In this document: positions 1 to 13,709 of the stretch, piece after piece
Layout: the number at the start of each line of letters is the position of its first letter
Numbering within the stretch: position 1 is the first letter of the stretch
Assembly: GCF_001194135.2 (NCBI RefSeq)
Contig: NC_069000.1
Coordinates: 34,041,264 to 34,088,669 of the forward strand
Reading direction: 5' to 3'
From: Octopus bimaculoides
Taxonomy: Eukaryota
Length of the DNA: 47,406 nt
Translations under genes and position numbers: made by a program
The notes under the pieces: generated by a model
Databases searched by the model: none
What the model was told of the DNA's origin: nothing
The model's input: only the letters and a program-made list of their open reading frames with translations

Positions 1-13
1 TACAATTTCCATT

Positions 14-515
14 TGATTTGATTTTGATATTGCTGTTGATGTACTTGACTCAATAGGTCTCCTCAAGCACAGCATGTCGCCCTACGATCCAAGGTACTTT
101 TGAGTGGGCTGGTTATGCGACACTGGTGTAGGTTACAGCTGTAGACTAACTTTATTTGCTGGGTCTTCTCAGTCACAGCATACCTCCAGAGGTCTCGATC
201 TTTTGTCATTGGTTCTGTGAGGCCCAACATTCGAAGGTCATGCTTCACCACCCCATCCCATGTCTTCCTGGGTCGCCCTCTACTCTGGATTCCTTCCACT
301 GTTTGAGAGTGACACTTCTTCACACAGCTCTCCTTGTCCATCCACAGTACATGACCATACCAATGCAAACATCTCTCTTGCATGCTGCATCCAATGTTTC
401 TTATGTCTAATATTTCTCTCAGGCGCTTACACTCTGTCGTGTGTGCACACTGACATTACACATCCAGTGGATCATGCTAGCTTCATTTTTTTCAAGCCTA
501 CACGTCTTCAGCAGT
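14..515 (-). mobile_element. RTE-clade non-LTR retrotransposon, 5'-truncated 3' end (degenerate)
   Basis: Minus ORF 63..383 reads RCLHWYGHVLWMDKESCVKKCHSQTVEGIQSRGRPRKTW...DRDLWRYAV, the typical RLRWYGHV...RGRPRKTW...DR..WR C-terminal signature of RTE ORFs; degenerate similarity continues to about 515. Confidence 0.85.
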
Positions 516-557
516 CACGGCCCATGTTCGCATGGCAGTTTGCACACATAGATATAT

Positions 558-715
558 ACATATGACAGGCTTCTTTCAGTTTCTGTCCACCAAATCCACA
601 CACAAGGCTTTGGTTGGGCCAAGACTAGTAGAAGACATTTGTCCAAAGTGGCATGCAGTAGGACTGAATCTAGAACCATGTGATTGGGAAGTAAGTTTCT
701 TACCACACAGCCACA
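558..715 (-). mobile_element. tRNA-derived octopus-type SINE, head fragment
   Basis: Reverse complement shows A-box-like TGGCTGTGTGG and a B-box-like segment; aligns by eye to the full copy at 9763-10167. Confidence 0.85.
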
Positions 716-1883
716 AAAGAAATACTACACAGCCATAAATGAAATATTCACAGAAATGCTTTTTGGGGGAAGAGCAGGGTATTCAACATTTTATACATGT
801 GAACAAATGCAATGAAAACAGAACAGAATGCTTTTAAATTATTTCTTAAGAGGTGATTAAGAGGTATAATCAGAAACAAGTGAAAAAAGAAAATAATAAG
901 CAGAAAATATTACTCAAAATTTAACATAACTCTTACAAATTAATTAATAGGAGCATTACACAGCAATAGGATAATTAAATAAACTTCAATATGTGTTTTA
1001 TGTAAACACATACTTTGGCTTCATTGCAAAAAATAGACCCTTTGGAAATTTTTCTGTGGCAGAAAAAGGAAATCAGGCTACTAGTTTCAGCATTGATTAC
1101 TATTTCATCAGAGATTAATTATTCAATTCACTGATCATAGAGAAAATATTTGGGTTATAGCTATTTTTATAGTATATACACAAACTTTGACAGAATTAAA
1201 TGAGCATGTATAATTTGCATAATTGGCAGAATGAATTAATCAACTATTTAATAGGAGTACTAGATTGCAAATAAGATAATTAGAAATGCAAGATAAACTT
1301 ATAATTCTAATTAACTTACTGAAATCTAAAAACTATGAAGTTAAAATATAATGAAACAACTGTTTGTTTATTTCAAATTTAAATGTTTAAAGAAAACCTC
1401 AAACACCTATCTCCTCATGTTGTATTTGGCCAATATCAGTGTAGTAACTGTCTTAGACAGGCACTAACCACTTCAGTTGATTTTTTTCCTTTTTCCTTGA
1501 CAGAATTTTAATCTAGTTGTAACATATTAAGAGCTTTATTTTTGTAATCAGTTTCTTTTGAAAAATAGTTTTTAGCAATTACTGTTCATATCTTGAATAT
1601 CTCATGAAAGAAGAAACCTTACTTAAATGAGGTGACAATATCTTAAGTACATTGATTCAGTATCCTTTTTAACATATAATATTGAAAATCAAAAATAGTA
1701 TGAAAATCATATGCATCCTTAAAAATTATGTTTTCCTTTACACTCTCGGTATGATCCTCAGGTTTTTTATCTGCCTCTCTCACTCTCTATAGCAACATAG
1801 TTCTAATGTTTAGAGGGAACACAAACCTAAATGATTTATTGATCAGATAAGAGACTATCAATTTATTATGGTTTTATACTTAC

Positions 1884-2043
1884 AATGTGTAACTCCAGCC
1901 AAAGTTTGGTAAAATGTTGGTGTTTCCATGTCATTGGATAATGTCACACTGAGCGGTTCTGACAACAACCATTTGGTTAAAAGAGTGGCATCAGGATGTA
2001 AACTCACCCAGGAACTAAACTGTTCATAGGTCACTTGGTCACA
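1884..2043 (-). CDS. USP32: USP32 coding exon (equivalent to human exon 5), EF-hand region; gene continues left of the window
   Basis: ctatag|TGTGAC...CACATT|gtaagt, 160 bp, phase 0 to 1; translates CDQVTYEQFSSWVSLHPDATLLTKWLLSEPLSVTLSNDMETPTFYQTLAGVTH, matching human ...WLLSGGVYVTLTDDSDTPTFYQTLAGVTHL (from memory). Confidence 0.95.
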
Positions 2044-3105
2044 CTATAGATGTGATTGGAAAAAACAGAAAATAGAAACAATCATTCAAACATTATCAGC
2101 TGACCCTTCCCCACCTCTCTATTTTTAAAGTCATTTTCATAAAACATTCAACTGAAAGGCTGACAGCTTCACATTGCTTATAAAAGCATGAAGACCTGAG
2201 GGGATGCCTTGTTTCATATATTAAATCTATACAACAATGCAACTGCTTTCATAAACATATATTGAAAATGTAACATTTTAAAATTATTAAATCATTCAAA
2301 ACCATTTATAAGAAACCTATGGAAAATGAATTGCTAATTCTAATCATCACTAACAATATTTCATAATTGTATAGCTATGAAAAACTTGTGTAAACTTTAA
2401 AGCAATCACACATTTACTTAAGGTTTTTAAATTTTCTGCTTAAGATAACTGTTTATTTTATTAATAAAAGATATTAATTAAAAATAAATACGAGTTAGAA
2501 AATTTATTTTTCATACTATAGCCATATCAGAAATTAATAATATTGATTTCCAATAAAGCCAAAAATTACAGGGAAGAGAAATAGTCAATTGAAATATTTT
2601 TACTGCTTCTTCTGCATAATGCCTTAATAAAAATAATATCAACTGCAATTTAATTATTAGNNNNNNNNNNNNNNNNNNNNNNNNNNNNNNNNNNNNNNNN
2701 NNNNNNNNNNNNNNNNNNNNNNNNNNNNNNNNNNNNNNNNNNNNNNNNNNNNNNNNNNNNNNNNNNNNNNNNNNNNNNNNNNNNNNNNNNNNNNNNNNNN
2801 NNNNNNNNNNNNNNNNNNNNNNNNNNNNNNNNNNNNNNNNNNNNNNNNNNNNNNNNNNNNNNNNNNNNNNNNNNNNNNNNNNNNNNNNNNNNNNNNNNNN
2901 NNNNNNNNNNNNNNNNNNNNNNNNNNNNNNNNNNNNNNNNNNNNNNNNNNNNNNNNNNNNNNNNNNNNNNNNNNNNNNNNNNNNNNNNNNNNNNNNNNNN
3001 NNNNNNNNNNNNNNNNNNNNNNNNNNNNNNNNNNNNNNNNNNNNNNNNNNNNNNNNNNNNNNNNNNNTTTTTTTTTTTTTCCTTAATATAGCTGCTCTAT
3101 ATTAC

Positions 3106-3224
3106 CTCTTTAAAAAGTTCTGAAAGCGACTGGGAAACTTGTTGTTCAGTTTCTAAAATACGCCGATCCATTTCTTCTTTTTGTATATAACTGAAGGCTT
3201 CATCAGCATACATCCCAAACAGTA
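3106..3224 (-). CDS. USP32: USP32 coding exon (equivalent to human exon 4)
   Basis: tttctag|TACTG...AAAGAG|gtaata, 119 bp, phase 1 to 0; (L)LFGMYADEAFSYIQKEEMDRRILETEQQVSQSLSELFKE, in frame with both neighbouring exons and similar to human YIFSLFSSESGNYVIREEMERML. Confidence 0.9.
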
Positions 3225-3609
3225 CTAGAAACAAATAGAAAAGTTAAATAAATAGAGAGTAACATATTTTCTTTACCAGCTTAACAGTGAATAGTTGCTA
3301 CATTTAAGATAAAATACAGAAAGAATATTTGATATAAGACTCTCTAGAAATATAACTGATTTTAAAAAAATGTATTTCTCTATTTTACTAGTTTTTACTT
3401 GTTTTGAACATTGGACTGTGGCAAAGCTGAAACATCACCATTAAGAATTTAGTTCATCAGAGTGACTCCAACATTTATTTCAGTCTGGTACTATTTTCAT
3501 CAAATGGCTATGTTAACTTTTTAGATAAGGGAATGATATTCAAAACTGATTTAGATTGGTATAAACACACACAATATTCAGGTGTGTGTGTGTGTGTGTG
3601 TGTGGGGTG

Positions 3610-3760
3610 CTATGGATTTTCAAAGAGTTCCTATCCACCAAATTACTGCAGGACATTAATCAGCTTGCAGCTACAATAGGAGACACTTGTCCAGGGTGCC
3701 ATACAATAGAACTGAACCTGGAATGATGTGATTATAAAATAAACTTCTTAACCATACAGT
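3610..3760 (-). mobile_element. Degenerate tRNA-derived SINE head
   Basis: gacacttgtccagggtgcc...actgaacctggaatgatgtg resembles the SINE head at 10020-10167. Confidence 0.65.
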
Positions 3761-6700
3761 TATACTTACAGTCCTATAGCAGTTGAACTCTGTTTCTATC
3801 AAAAGTGCAACAAAAGTGTTTGCAGTTCATGAGTTGATAAATTTCCTTTAGTCATGAAAAAAGATCTTTTTTGATATGTAGTTACAAATTAATCATGAAA
3901 ATAAATTTATAAATATTTCCCATAAGTTTCTTACTTCAATAAATTTGTTTAAATTATGGAATTTTAACCAACAAAGACAACAACATTATCAATTTTATCA
4001 GTTCCTCATAAATTTTCTGCAGTTTGATTGAGCCTTCATTTAACTTCTGTGACATCATTAATATTAATTATGTCCAAGAGTATGGAGGGAAAACACAAAA
4101 GTCAATAAACTGGAAATACATTAATAAAATGAAGTTGCAGAACAGAAATAATAATAACCATAGCAATACTGATTGTTGATGCTATTGCTGTTATTTGCAG
4201 TAGAAGTAATTTAACTGTTCATAGATTGTATTTTGAGTAATTAATTTTTCATAGCCATCTGCAGAAAATCAAAGGAAGTACACCATAAATTTGCCTTGAT
4301 TTATCTCCCCACCTTTATTGGGTTTTTTTCTCTCAAGTTGTTTGATATCATTTAAACCAATTTTTTTTTTATACACATAAAGAGATACTGTTATTTTGTA
4401 ATCAATAACTATTCATGGCACAAAATGGATTTAATATTCAATATACAAAATGTAGAAAATATAAAAATAAACAGTACAGCATTCAATCAAGTTGGCAGAT
4501 TTGTCCAAATGTTGAGCTATTGGTTTGACAAAATAACAGTTTATAAATTGGTTTTACTTTGTATCAGCAACCAAAACAAAATGGTTGAATTAGTTTCCTA
4601 AATAAGTTAAACTCATATGAAATGAAAAAAAAAATTTGGAACCCTAATTGATTAATAAGATTTTTTTCCAAATCTATAAAAATACTTAATGAAAAGAGAG
4701 CAGTCAGATAATTAGGAAATGTAAGATGTTGATAGATCAATCTTATGATCTTATATCACTGAAGGTTATACACTAAAACTAGAACTGAAATATTACTGTT
4801 TTTGATTTCAGTCACAAGGCTTCATAGAGAATACATTCAATTCAGAATTGTTGGTGTCTGTAATAATGCAATAATACAAGTGTTACTTAAATTGGTAATG
4901 AACATATCTAAAAATTGTTCAACAGATACATAAACCTTATTAGACATTTTTCATTACTTCATAAAAGCTGTAAGACATTAGCAATAAACCATGCCAAAAG
5001 TCCCATGTTTTCTTCTCCTGGTGTTAATTCTATGAATAGCACAAAAAAAAAATCATGTTCTTTCAAAGAAAAATGTTATCAATAAAAACTCATTGATTCA
5101 CATCCTCTCTACTCAACCATTCTTTGTTTACATAAGAAAGAATATTGATCCAGAAAATTTCTGCTAAACAAATCTAAATACTTGAATTGAAATCATCCAA
5201 CCAATGACAGGAAAAATTAATATAGATTAAATTAAATTTAAAGAACCATGACATAAAAACAGAAACTATCTAAAATGGAATATATCAGACAGAAATATGA
5301 ATTGCCCGTTTCTATCAAATAGGTATATTCTAAGTGGCAGGCAGAGAAAAGTAAATAATCACATAATTATAGGCAAAATATGTTAATAGGATATAGTTAA
5401 TCCTTCTTGAAACACAGGTATCCATAGGGATGGTACTTAACACTAGTGCTGGATACATTAAGAAGTTGAAAGTCAATTGTCCACTTGTATAAGGTGATAG
5501 GCTATTGTGGGGAAGTTTTTCCAAAGTTCTGGAATATATTTTCAACAACTAAGTAAGCTGAGGCACAAAAGATCTTCATTGCAAAGTACAAGATCTGAGC
5601 TCACAAACCAAGAGCTGATAAGTCAATAATTTATCCATTTCACTTCCAGGATGATGTTCTAAGTTGAACATGACTGATCTTATGGAATGGAATATGAACA
5701 AAATGATTAAATGCTAATTTCACATATTGTGTTATGTTCCAAAATAAAGTATTAAACAAAAATAATGGCTGAATCAGAAGGTTAATGGCTTGCCTGTTAA
5801 CATTTTCTTCTTGGGTGTTTGTAACACAGGGGACTATATCAAAAGGCATGTAATGGCCTTGTAATAGTGTTAAAGCAAATCACTGATTATGTCTACCACC
5901 TATCATTAACTCTCCTTGCTGCAATTAGCTGACTGAACAAAACAACAGAATCCACTCTTATTTCAAGAGGGAGTGGTTAATGATATAGTATCCAACTGTA
6001 AAAACAATTATAATAATGATACCAAGAATGTACCATCCCACCCACACAAGGTTGGACAAATGACTGCAAAACAGAAAACAAAAAAATAATAAATAAATTA
6101 AATTTGAATTTAAGAAGTGTTATTCTTGTAAGCAACTTAAAGTTTGGAGATTTTTACTTTTTTTTTATAACATAATTTATGAGAGGAAAAATCCTTAAAT
6201 ACTGGGTGAGAATCATAAAAATCATAGGGAAATAATGCTTATCAATAACCATTCAATGATGAAACATATGCAATGATCTGTTCTAAGTATGACATATGAC
6301 AATGCACAATAAAGGTGAAGATGAAAGAGCTTAAGGTAACAATATAGAGTTGAATTTGTGACCTAATTTTATTTTTTTTCTTTGTAGTCATCATTCTGAT
6401 TAAGCCACTAATGTTCTCTCGGAAGGTATGGAAATTGCACAGCTTATTCTCCACACTTCAATTAATCAAAACCTCTTTATTGAAATATACTAAGAAATAA
6501 TTCTTTTAATCAATATTTTAGTAAAATTAGCAACTGAGAACAATTATTTATTCAATATGGATACTTTGCATTGAATAATTTTTTCAAGAAAGCACTGCCA
6601 AGGCAATTATCAGAAATTATCAGCTCGGCTATAAAACTAATTTCTTTGATGCTAAGTAACAATGAGTTATATTTATCAATCCACTTAAATTTCAAGTAAC

Positions 6701-9700
6701 TGATTACTAAGCTTACTCTAATAGACAGTTCATATGGAAAGTCTAAGACACAAATATTGAAACATCTAAGAGGATAAAATATTTAATAGATTTTTAAAAG
6801 TTATGATGTAAAAAAGCTAAAATATAACATTATCAAGGTCAAATCTGACTAAATTTATTCTTTTGCTTACAATGATAAGAAATGGCATTTACTCTTAATC
6901 AGATAGGTAATAGTTCAATAATCTTAAATATTAACTCTTTGCCAAACTTTGAAGTTCATTTATTTATTCATTTATTTGTACAGGAGCCAACGAATGAACA
7001 TAAGGATTAAATTAGCCAAGAATATAAGCAATAGTTTTAAGAATGCTCAATATAGTAATATTCCAAAATATCTAAATCATATAATTTATGGGATGGTAGC
7101 CAAAGAATCTTTTTTTTTTTTAGATATAATTTGAGGGGGAAAAAGGAAGAAAAAAACTTTAGAGGTAATAAAAAAAAAACAATCTCCAAATAAGCTCTTC
7201 CTTCACAATGACTGGTTTTATCTTTAAAGCTTACTACTTTATCAATAATTCTTACTTTTATGGAAATAGTTGTTTTGTCTTGTGACTTTAGTTAACATTC
7301 ATAAAGGAAAAATTCAATATCTTATCTATTGTTGTTGGCTGAAATCATTATAAAATGTTGTGGACACTAAATTTGTTTTGAAAGAAAAGTCTCATGAATA
7401 TTACAAATGTTTTGCAGAAAAAAAAATTGTTACCAAAATGGTGTCCCAACACACAACCAATTAGTGTTTAGAGTGATAATGCTAATACATGATCTTTTAA
7501 CATTGTATTGTGTATATGATATACAGATATACAATGTATTTGACACTGAAAATATATTCCTCAGAAGCTTGGCATATTACAAATCATCAGAATTTAAGTT
7601 TACATCTAAGTAGAAATGTTTCCAAGGGACAAGGAAGAGAATCTACTACCAAAAATACCAAATCTATGCAATTCCCAACAAATTTTTAATTACTGGAAAA
7701 ACAAAATTTGCAAGTTAATATTCTCAACATTTTAATATAGTTTTCATTCTGTCAAAGTCAAATACACAAAAACATTTCCTAGTCCTATTAATAGGAGACA
7801 TAATCATTGCTTTATACATGATGGAATTGGTCTACTGTAGATGAGTATGATAATGAGTTCAAGCCTTTCAACAACTATTGCATTGAATTCAAGACATGTT
7901 TGAAGCTAAGGCTCAAGGCTCTACACTTGCCTCAGTTTGTCTAATAAGTTTGTTCTCTCTTTTTTTTTTTTGTCACATTTGAGCGTATAACAAAATGAGA
8001 ATCCAGTTAGAGAAACAATTGTGACCGCAAAACTTATCCTATTCCAGCAGCTATCAGAGAAAAATTTGAAGTAGAAGCCCAAAGAAAAAAGGATTTTAAA
8101 ATTAATATTCAAATAAGTTTTATATGTAACTCTTTCTCGCAATTGACCAGTGGTATCAAACTGCTGCTACATGAAAACAAAGCTGAAAAATTATGGTGAA
8201 AGCCTAATTATAAAAAGAAAAAATTTATGTCTATTCTTCTGGATTAAACATAGGATGCGCATAATTGGACAAAGCTCGTGTCAATGGTGGTAATTTATTA
8301 GAATTTGTTTACAGAGTTAAAAAATTCCTTTCAGACCATATGGAAATTATTTAAATACATATAATAAAAATTCTACATGCTTTTGGCATAATTTTTTCAA
8401 AAAAAGGAAAAAGATAATTCTTATAGTTTTAGTTGAATTAAAGTTAAATGTCCAAGGTTTCTTTGTGTTCGAACATTAAATGAAAACTCAAATCTGACAA
8501 AGCTATTTATAAAACACACAAACCTTTAAAATAAGCATAGATATTGCATGATTTTTTTCTAAATTTCAAAGAAATATATGAAATAATATTCTAGGTGACT
8601 TCATTATTGAAATGAACTTGCTCAAACAGCAGTTTAGAAATAGCAGATAATTTATGTTTACAAGGTGACCTAATTAGTGCTGGAGGTCACTGCACTAAAA
8701 ATAGAATAGCTAGAGTAAGAAATAAACAAAAGCAGTTTAAATGGTTGTTGGCCTCTGAGAAACTGGTTTCATTTTTCTGTGGAAAAAGCAGATTTTATAA
8801 AGCATGTGTAAGAAATACTAAGCACCATAATAGATAGACATAAGCAGTAAATGCAGATCTGTGAAACCTTGAGAGAAATGAATCAAGTATAATTTGTTAG
8901 ATGGATAATGTTAACTTCCATAAAACAGAGGGATGTCAAACAAAAAAAAAAAAGAAACATTTTGAAATGATGAAATTCTCTAATATTTTGAAATCAGCAA
9001 TACTAACTAAAATTAGAAACCAGATATTAAAATTTATCACTGAGATGAAAGATATTATAACAACAAGACAGCACTTTTCAAAATCTTCCTAAATTATTTT
9101 ATTTCTATGTTACACACCATGTTTCCAAAGATCACAAAATCAAATTAAAATACTAAAAGAATAAAAATAAAATAATCTTGCTCAAATTTGCCCACTTGGT
9201 GAAAACAAAAAGAAATCATAATGAAAGAAAAACTAAAATTGTGCTGGAAATTTTTCTTTTTTAAAAATTGAAATGCGAGAATGATTACATAGTCTTAGAT
9301 TCACTAATGAACATCTTTAATAGCTTTATAAATCAATAAGTATTTAGTAGCTGTGTAAGAAATCAATGGCAAAATGATTATTCTAACAAAATATACCAAA
9401 GATTCAATTTTTTTGTAAAGAACAAAAAATATGATTATTCACAATTTCTGTACAAATCATTTCTGTAAAGTTTGCAGTTTTAAAAATCGACATGGAAATT
9501 TCATGGGGTAGTGAACTTAAAAAGAAAAAGAAAAGAAAACTAGTATCTTACAAATGTAACACCTATAATCATGAAGATCCTGTCAGAAATATACAAAACA
9601 AACTTCGCTAGCACTGTATTGTTTATTGTGAAACTAAGAATGAACCGGACAGATTAAACTACTCTTTAGTATATTTAATATAGGGACACTAACTCCAATA

Positions 9701-9762
9701 TATAATCAGCTTTAATGATATTGTCTAAAATATTTTATGAGAAATAAACTATTTATATATAT

Positions 9763-10167
9763 ACACTCTTTACTTGTTTCAGTCATTTGACTGCGGCCAT
9801 GCTGGAGCACCACCTTTAGTCGAGAAAATCGACCCCAGGACTTATTCTTTGTAAGCCTAGTACTTATTCTATCGGTCTCTTTTTGCTGAACCGCTAAGTT
9901 ACGGGGACGTAAACACACCAGCATCGGTTGTCAAGCGATGGGGGGGGGGGACAAACACAGACACACAAACACACATACATACATATATATATATACATAT
10001 ATACGACGGGCTTCTTTCAGTTTCCGTCTAACAAATCCACTCACAAGGCTTTGGTCGGCCCGAGGCTATAGTAGAAGACACTTGCCCAAGGTGCCACGCA
10101 GTGGGACTGAACCTGGGACCATGTGGTTGGTAAGCAAGCTACTTACCACACAGCCACTCCTGCACCT
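9763..10167 (-). mobile_element. Near full-length bipartite tRNA-derived SINE (head, (TA/CA)n linker, 3' part)
   Basis: Minus strand starts with an A-box-like TGGCTGTGTGG and B-box-like GGTTCAGTCCC, has a central microsatellite and a 3' part containing gaataagtac...ggggtcgat; many partial copies elsewhere in the window. Confidence 0.9.
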
Positions 10168-10179
10168 ATATATATATAT

Positions 10180-10330
10180 CATCATCATCATCATTATCAT
10201 TATCATCGTTTAACATCCACTTTCCATGCTAGCATGAGTTGGACGATTTGACTGAGGACTGGTGAACCAGATAGCTACACCAGGCTCCAATCTGATTTGG
10301 CAGAATTTCTACAGCTGGATGCCCTTCCTA

Positions 10331-10335
<5 letters not shown>
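10180..10335 (-). mobile_element. Second retroposon family, 3' end with (GAT)n tail
   Basis: Reverse complement ggaagggcatccagctgtagaaa...gcatggaaagtggatgttaaacgatgatgat; same family as the copies at 20648-20806 and 20838-21140. Confidence 0.8.
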
Positions 10336-10368
<33 letters not shown>

Positions 10369-11204
10369 GAAGTCAAACATGTATAGTAATAAACAAATAC
10401 ACAAGGTCAAGCTGAAAAACACTAAATGCACAGATGAACAGAGAACAAATACCAACTTATCAGTTATTGGCCAGGAGGTAGAGCTCAATTTCATACCATT
10501 ACCAATAATACTGCTTCCACCCTGGAGGCAACCAGCAAGAAAACTTGCTTGGAAAGCAACTAAAGCATAACAAAACAAAATGAGACAGACAAACAAGAAT
10601 GAAAAAGGAATACGGAAGTGGACATATGAAAATGGATAAAAGTAAAATGAGACTGTTAATGAACACTCAAGGGACAAAAAAAACAAAATAAGCAGAATAT
10701 GGCCTTAGAGCTAGGCAAAGACAACAGAAAAAATAATAATACATGTATACAAATTATGTATAACAATTATTCTTCAGATTATTATTCCTTCAATCACTTA
10801 ATGTCTACATCCTTACGTTAATGTAACTATATGTTTATTCCGTGATATTATATCTGAAACATTTTTAGGGTTTGTTTACATTTATATAACTGCTCTATAA
10901 ACACAATAGTGGACAAGCCTACAGATGAGGCATCTCTACGGTTGTTCAATTTGCCAGAAATAGCAGTCAATTCTCCTTCAGATTACACCACACTGTCTTA
11001 AAAGGCTGCATTGAAAAATGTAATCCTAGATACATTATGACTTAAAGATAGGTTGGTTGTGACTAGATTTCAGTTGATCAGAGATCTGTTCAATCAAGGC
11101 TAGCCAAGGACTAAATAATGGCCCCATAATGATGGCTTGGCTTATTAATTTTCACGTGCTATTTTAACTTTAATTGTAACTTTTATGTTTAGTTTATAAA
11201 TAAA

Positions 11205-12637
11205 TCAGTGTAAAAATATTGCAAGCTTTTATTATTTTAAACTTTGATAGTTATTTCAGAACAAACCTTCATTTAACTATGTTCATGTAATATATTACTT
11301 TGAAGTGCAGATTTTGATCTGTTGTTTGATGCTAATGGATTTGCTCTCACATCAAAATTTGAGTAATTTTAAAATACAAGTTGTGAACTGCTCACAATGT
11401 CAATTAAGTATTTGGTCTGGGGATCATCAATGAATATACAACTTAACATTGGTTCCAAAAAATTCATAGTGATGAAGAACCTTGAAGATGAAGAATTTGC
11501 AGCAAACGTCTGCATTGACAACCAATTAAGGGGCATTATTGAAAGGAACCAATACAAAAGAACTTTTGAGACTACAGAAGAGAACTAAATGTTGATCATT
11601 CAACAACTGTTTGACATTTACACCACACTGGAAATTTAAAAAAAACTCATTTGTCGACCTGAGGGGAAAATATAAATTGTTGCCATGAATCCTGCTTTTG
11701 CACAACAAAAACAATTCATTCTTTATCACACTGTAACATGTGTCAAAAGTGAATTCTATATGACAATCAATGGTGTATTAGGCAATAACTGAACTAGGTA
11801 CTAAAACACTCTCCCAAATTGAACTTGCATCAAAAGAAGCTTATAATCACCATTGTTTGGTGGTTGGCAAGTGGAATCAAACAATAGTATTGCTTCAGTA
11901 TTAATGACTTATAAGGACACAGTATTTTGTTATGCAACCATAATATCCAGCAAGGTATATTAAACATTTTTATATGTCAGTATTGTGTTTTACTGTGTTA
12001 GCAGTGCTCTTACATCACTTGAAATATGTCATATTCATCCATTACTCATTTTTCATCTTCTATCTCATTGTTTGTTTACATCTGGCATCTCAGACATGAA
12101 ATGTCATAACAAAATCAGTGTTGACAATAATTTCTATAGAAAATCTGTAGAGATAACCTCAACAAGTGCTTGAATTCTGGTGAAAACATCACAATAGAAG
12201 ACAACTGTCAAGAATCAACAAAATGCACCAAAATCTGCAATGCTTAAATTATAGCTTTGGTCAATCAAAAAGTACCAATTCTTCTCCCTGGCAACATCCA
12301 ACCAGGTTTCACAAATGACTACAGAAATTGAACTAACTGGGCTATGAAACTCCACTTTACCCAATTTAGTTCTCCAGACCACTCCCCAGATGACTATCAC
12401 TTTTTCAAGCATCTTAATTTCCTACATAAGAAGGCTTTCAACAACCAAATAGCAACTCAAAGTGCCAGGATTCCTGAATTTTACTACTAAAATTAAGAGA
12501 TTTTTTTCTTGTTGGCAGGAATGTGTAGGTTTTAATGATTATCGTTTCAATTAATAAAATTTATTCTGAGTTGAGATATATTGCTTAGAAGCTGATGATT
12601 AAAATCTGCAATTATTTTTGTAATCATGCCCACATAG
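11205..12637 (+). mobile_element. Mariner (Hsmar1/cecropia-like) transposon remnant, interrupted
   Basis: Degenerate motifs LEDEE (11481), LHQKK..VWW..SG (about 11825-11875), and SPD..DYHFFKHL (about 12372-12415); TIR-like caaaaataattgc at the right end and a weaker match near 11210; about 275 bp of unrelated sequence at about 11885-12160. Confidence 0.8.
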
Positions 12638-13163
12638 TTATTCTTTTCTAGTATTCTCTCTTTCCACATCCTATAGTTGGTATTTATCTCTCGTATCTAT
12701 GCTGCTATATTAAAATTTACAATTAGATACCATACCGATACAGACCACAAGCTGATCTAAAGGATGCAAATGCAAATATTCAATGCAATGATAATTATTA
12801 TGATGAATAATGTTTTGAAAATTGAAAAGAAAATTCAGTAAAAAATAGAAATATCTAATTTTATTTTATTTTAAATGACAATATCTTAGAGCAAATTTAG
12901 ATAACTTAAAATTGTTTTTGCATGGGAAAGACAAAAAATACTTCAAAAGTTCAATTACAAATCGAGTTGTGTCAATGATGAATCTATTGGATTAGTTTCT
13001 AGAGCAGAAACTGGGTATTTTATTTTCAGTCATGTCAATAACAAAAACATGCAAGTTCAATAGAAAGTGCAAAACATAATCTGGGAAGAAAAGAAACCAA
13101 TATCTTCAAAGCATATATCTTTTAAAATGTAATTCTCTATTTAGGATTTTAAAGAGTACTTAC

Positions 13164-13269
13164 ATTTTATTTTCTCTTCCCGCATCCCCCGTGTTAAGAT
13201 CACCAAACCACATAGTAAATCTTTAAAAGAGAGTCCTTTAGGAGTGCCACCAAATGCTCGATATATCAA
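13164..13269 (-). CDS. USP32: USP32 coding exon (equivalent to human exon 3)
   Basis: atttcag|TTGATA...AAAAT|gtaagt, 106 bp, phase 0 to 1; LIYRAFGGTPKGLSFKDLLCGLVILTRGMREEKIK versus human VIYCSFGGTSKGLHFNNLIVGLVLLTRGKDEEKAK. Confidence 0.95.
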
Positions 13270-13649
13270 CTGAAATTTTAAAAAAACAACTTATAAACAG
13301 ATACAAGATAATCGATTGATGTCAAACAAAGTGGACTCTTCCTTCTTACTCATTGTATAGCAGCTTCTAATGACACTAAAACATCTTTTATTGTCACTGA
13401 GGATAGATACACCCATATCATCTCTCCTCATTATCCACTTTCATTCATCAAATTTATACTGTTGCCTGTGAATTTCATGGCCAAACTTCCCATGGATTAA
13501 TCTTGAGTATCTTCACTGATATCAGAACCACCATATTAAAACTACATTAAAACAATATGGCTTTTTGTGTAACCCAAATCAAAAAATTATAGTTCTGTGA
13601 TATAAATCCTTCCTCAATGAGACATGTTAGTTGATGCTGAAGAATAAAA

Positions 13650-13653
<4 letters not shown>

Positions 13654-13702
<49 letters not shown>
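13654..13702. repeat. (GA)n microsatellite
   Basis: About 24 uninterrupted GA units seen directly. Confidence 0.95.
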
Positions 13703-13709
<7 letters not shown>

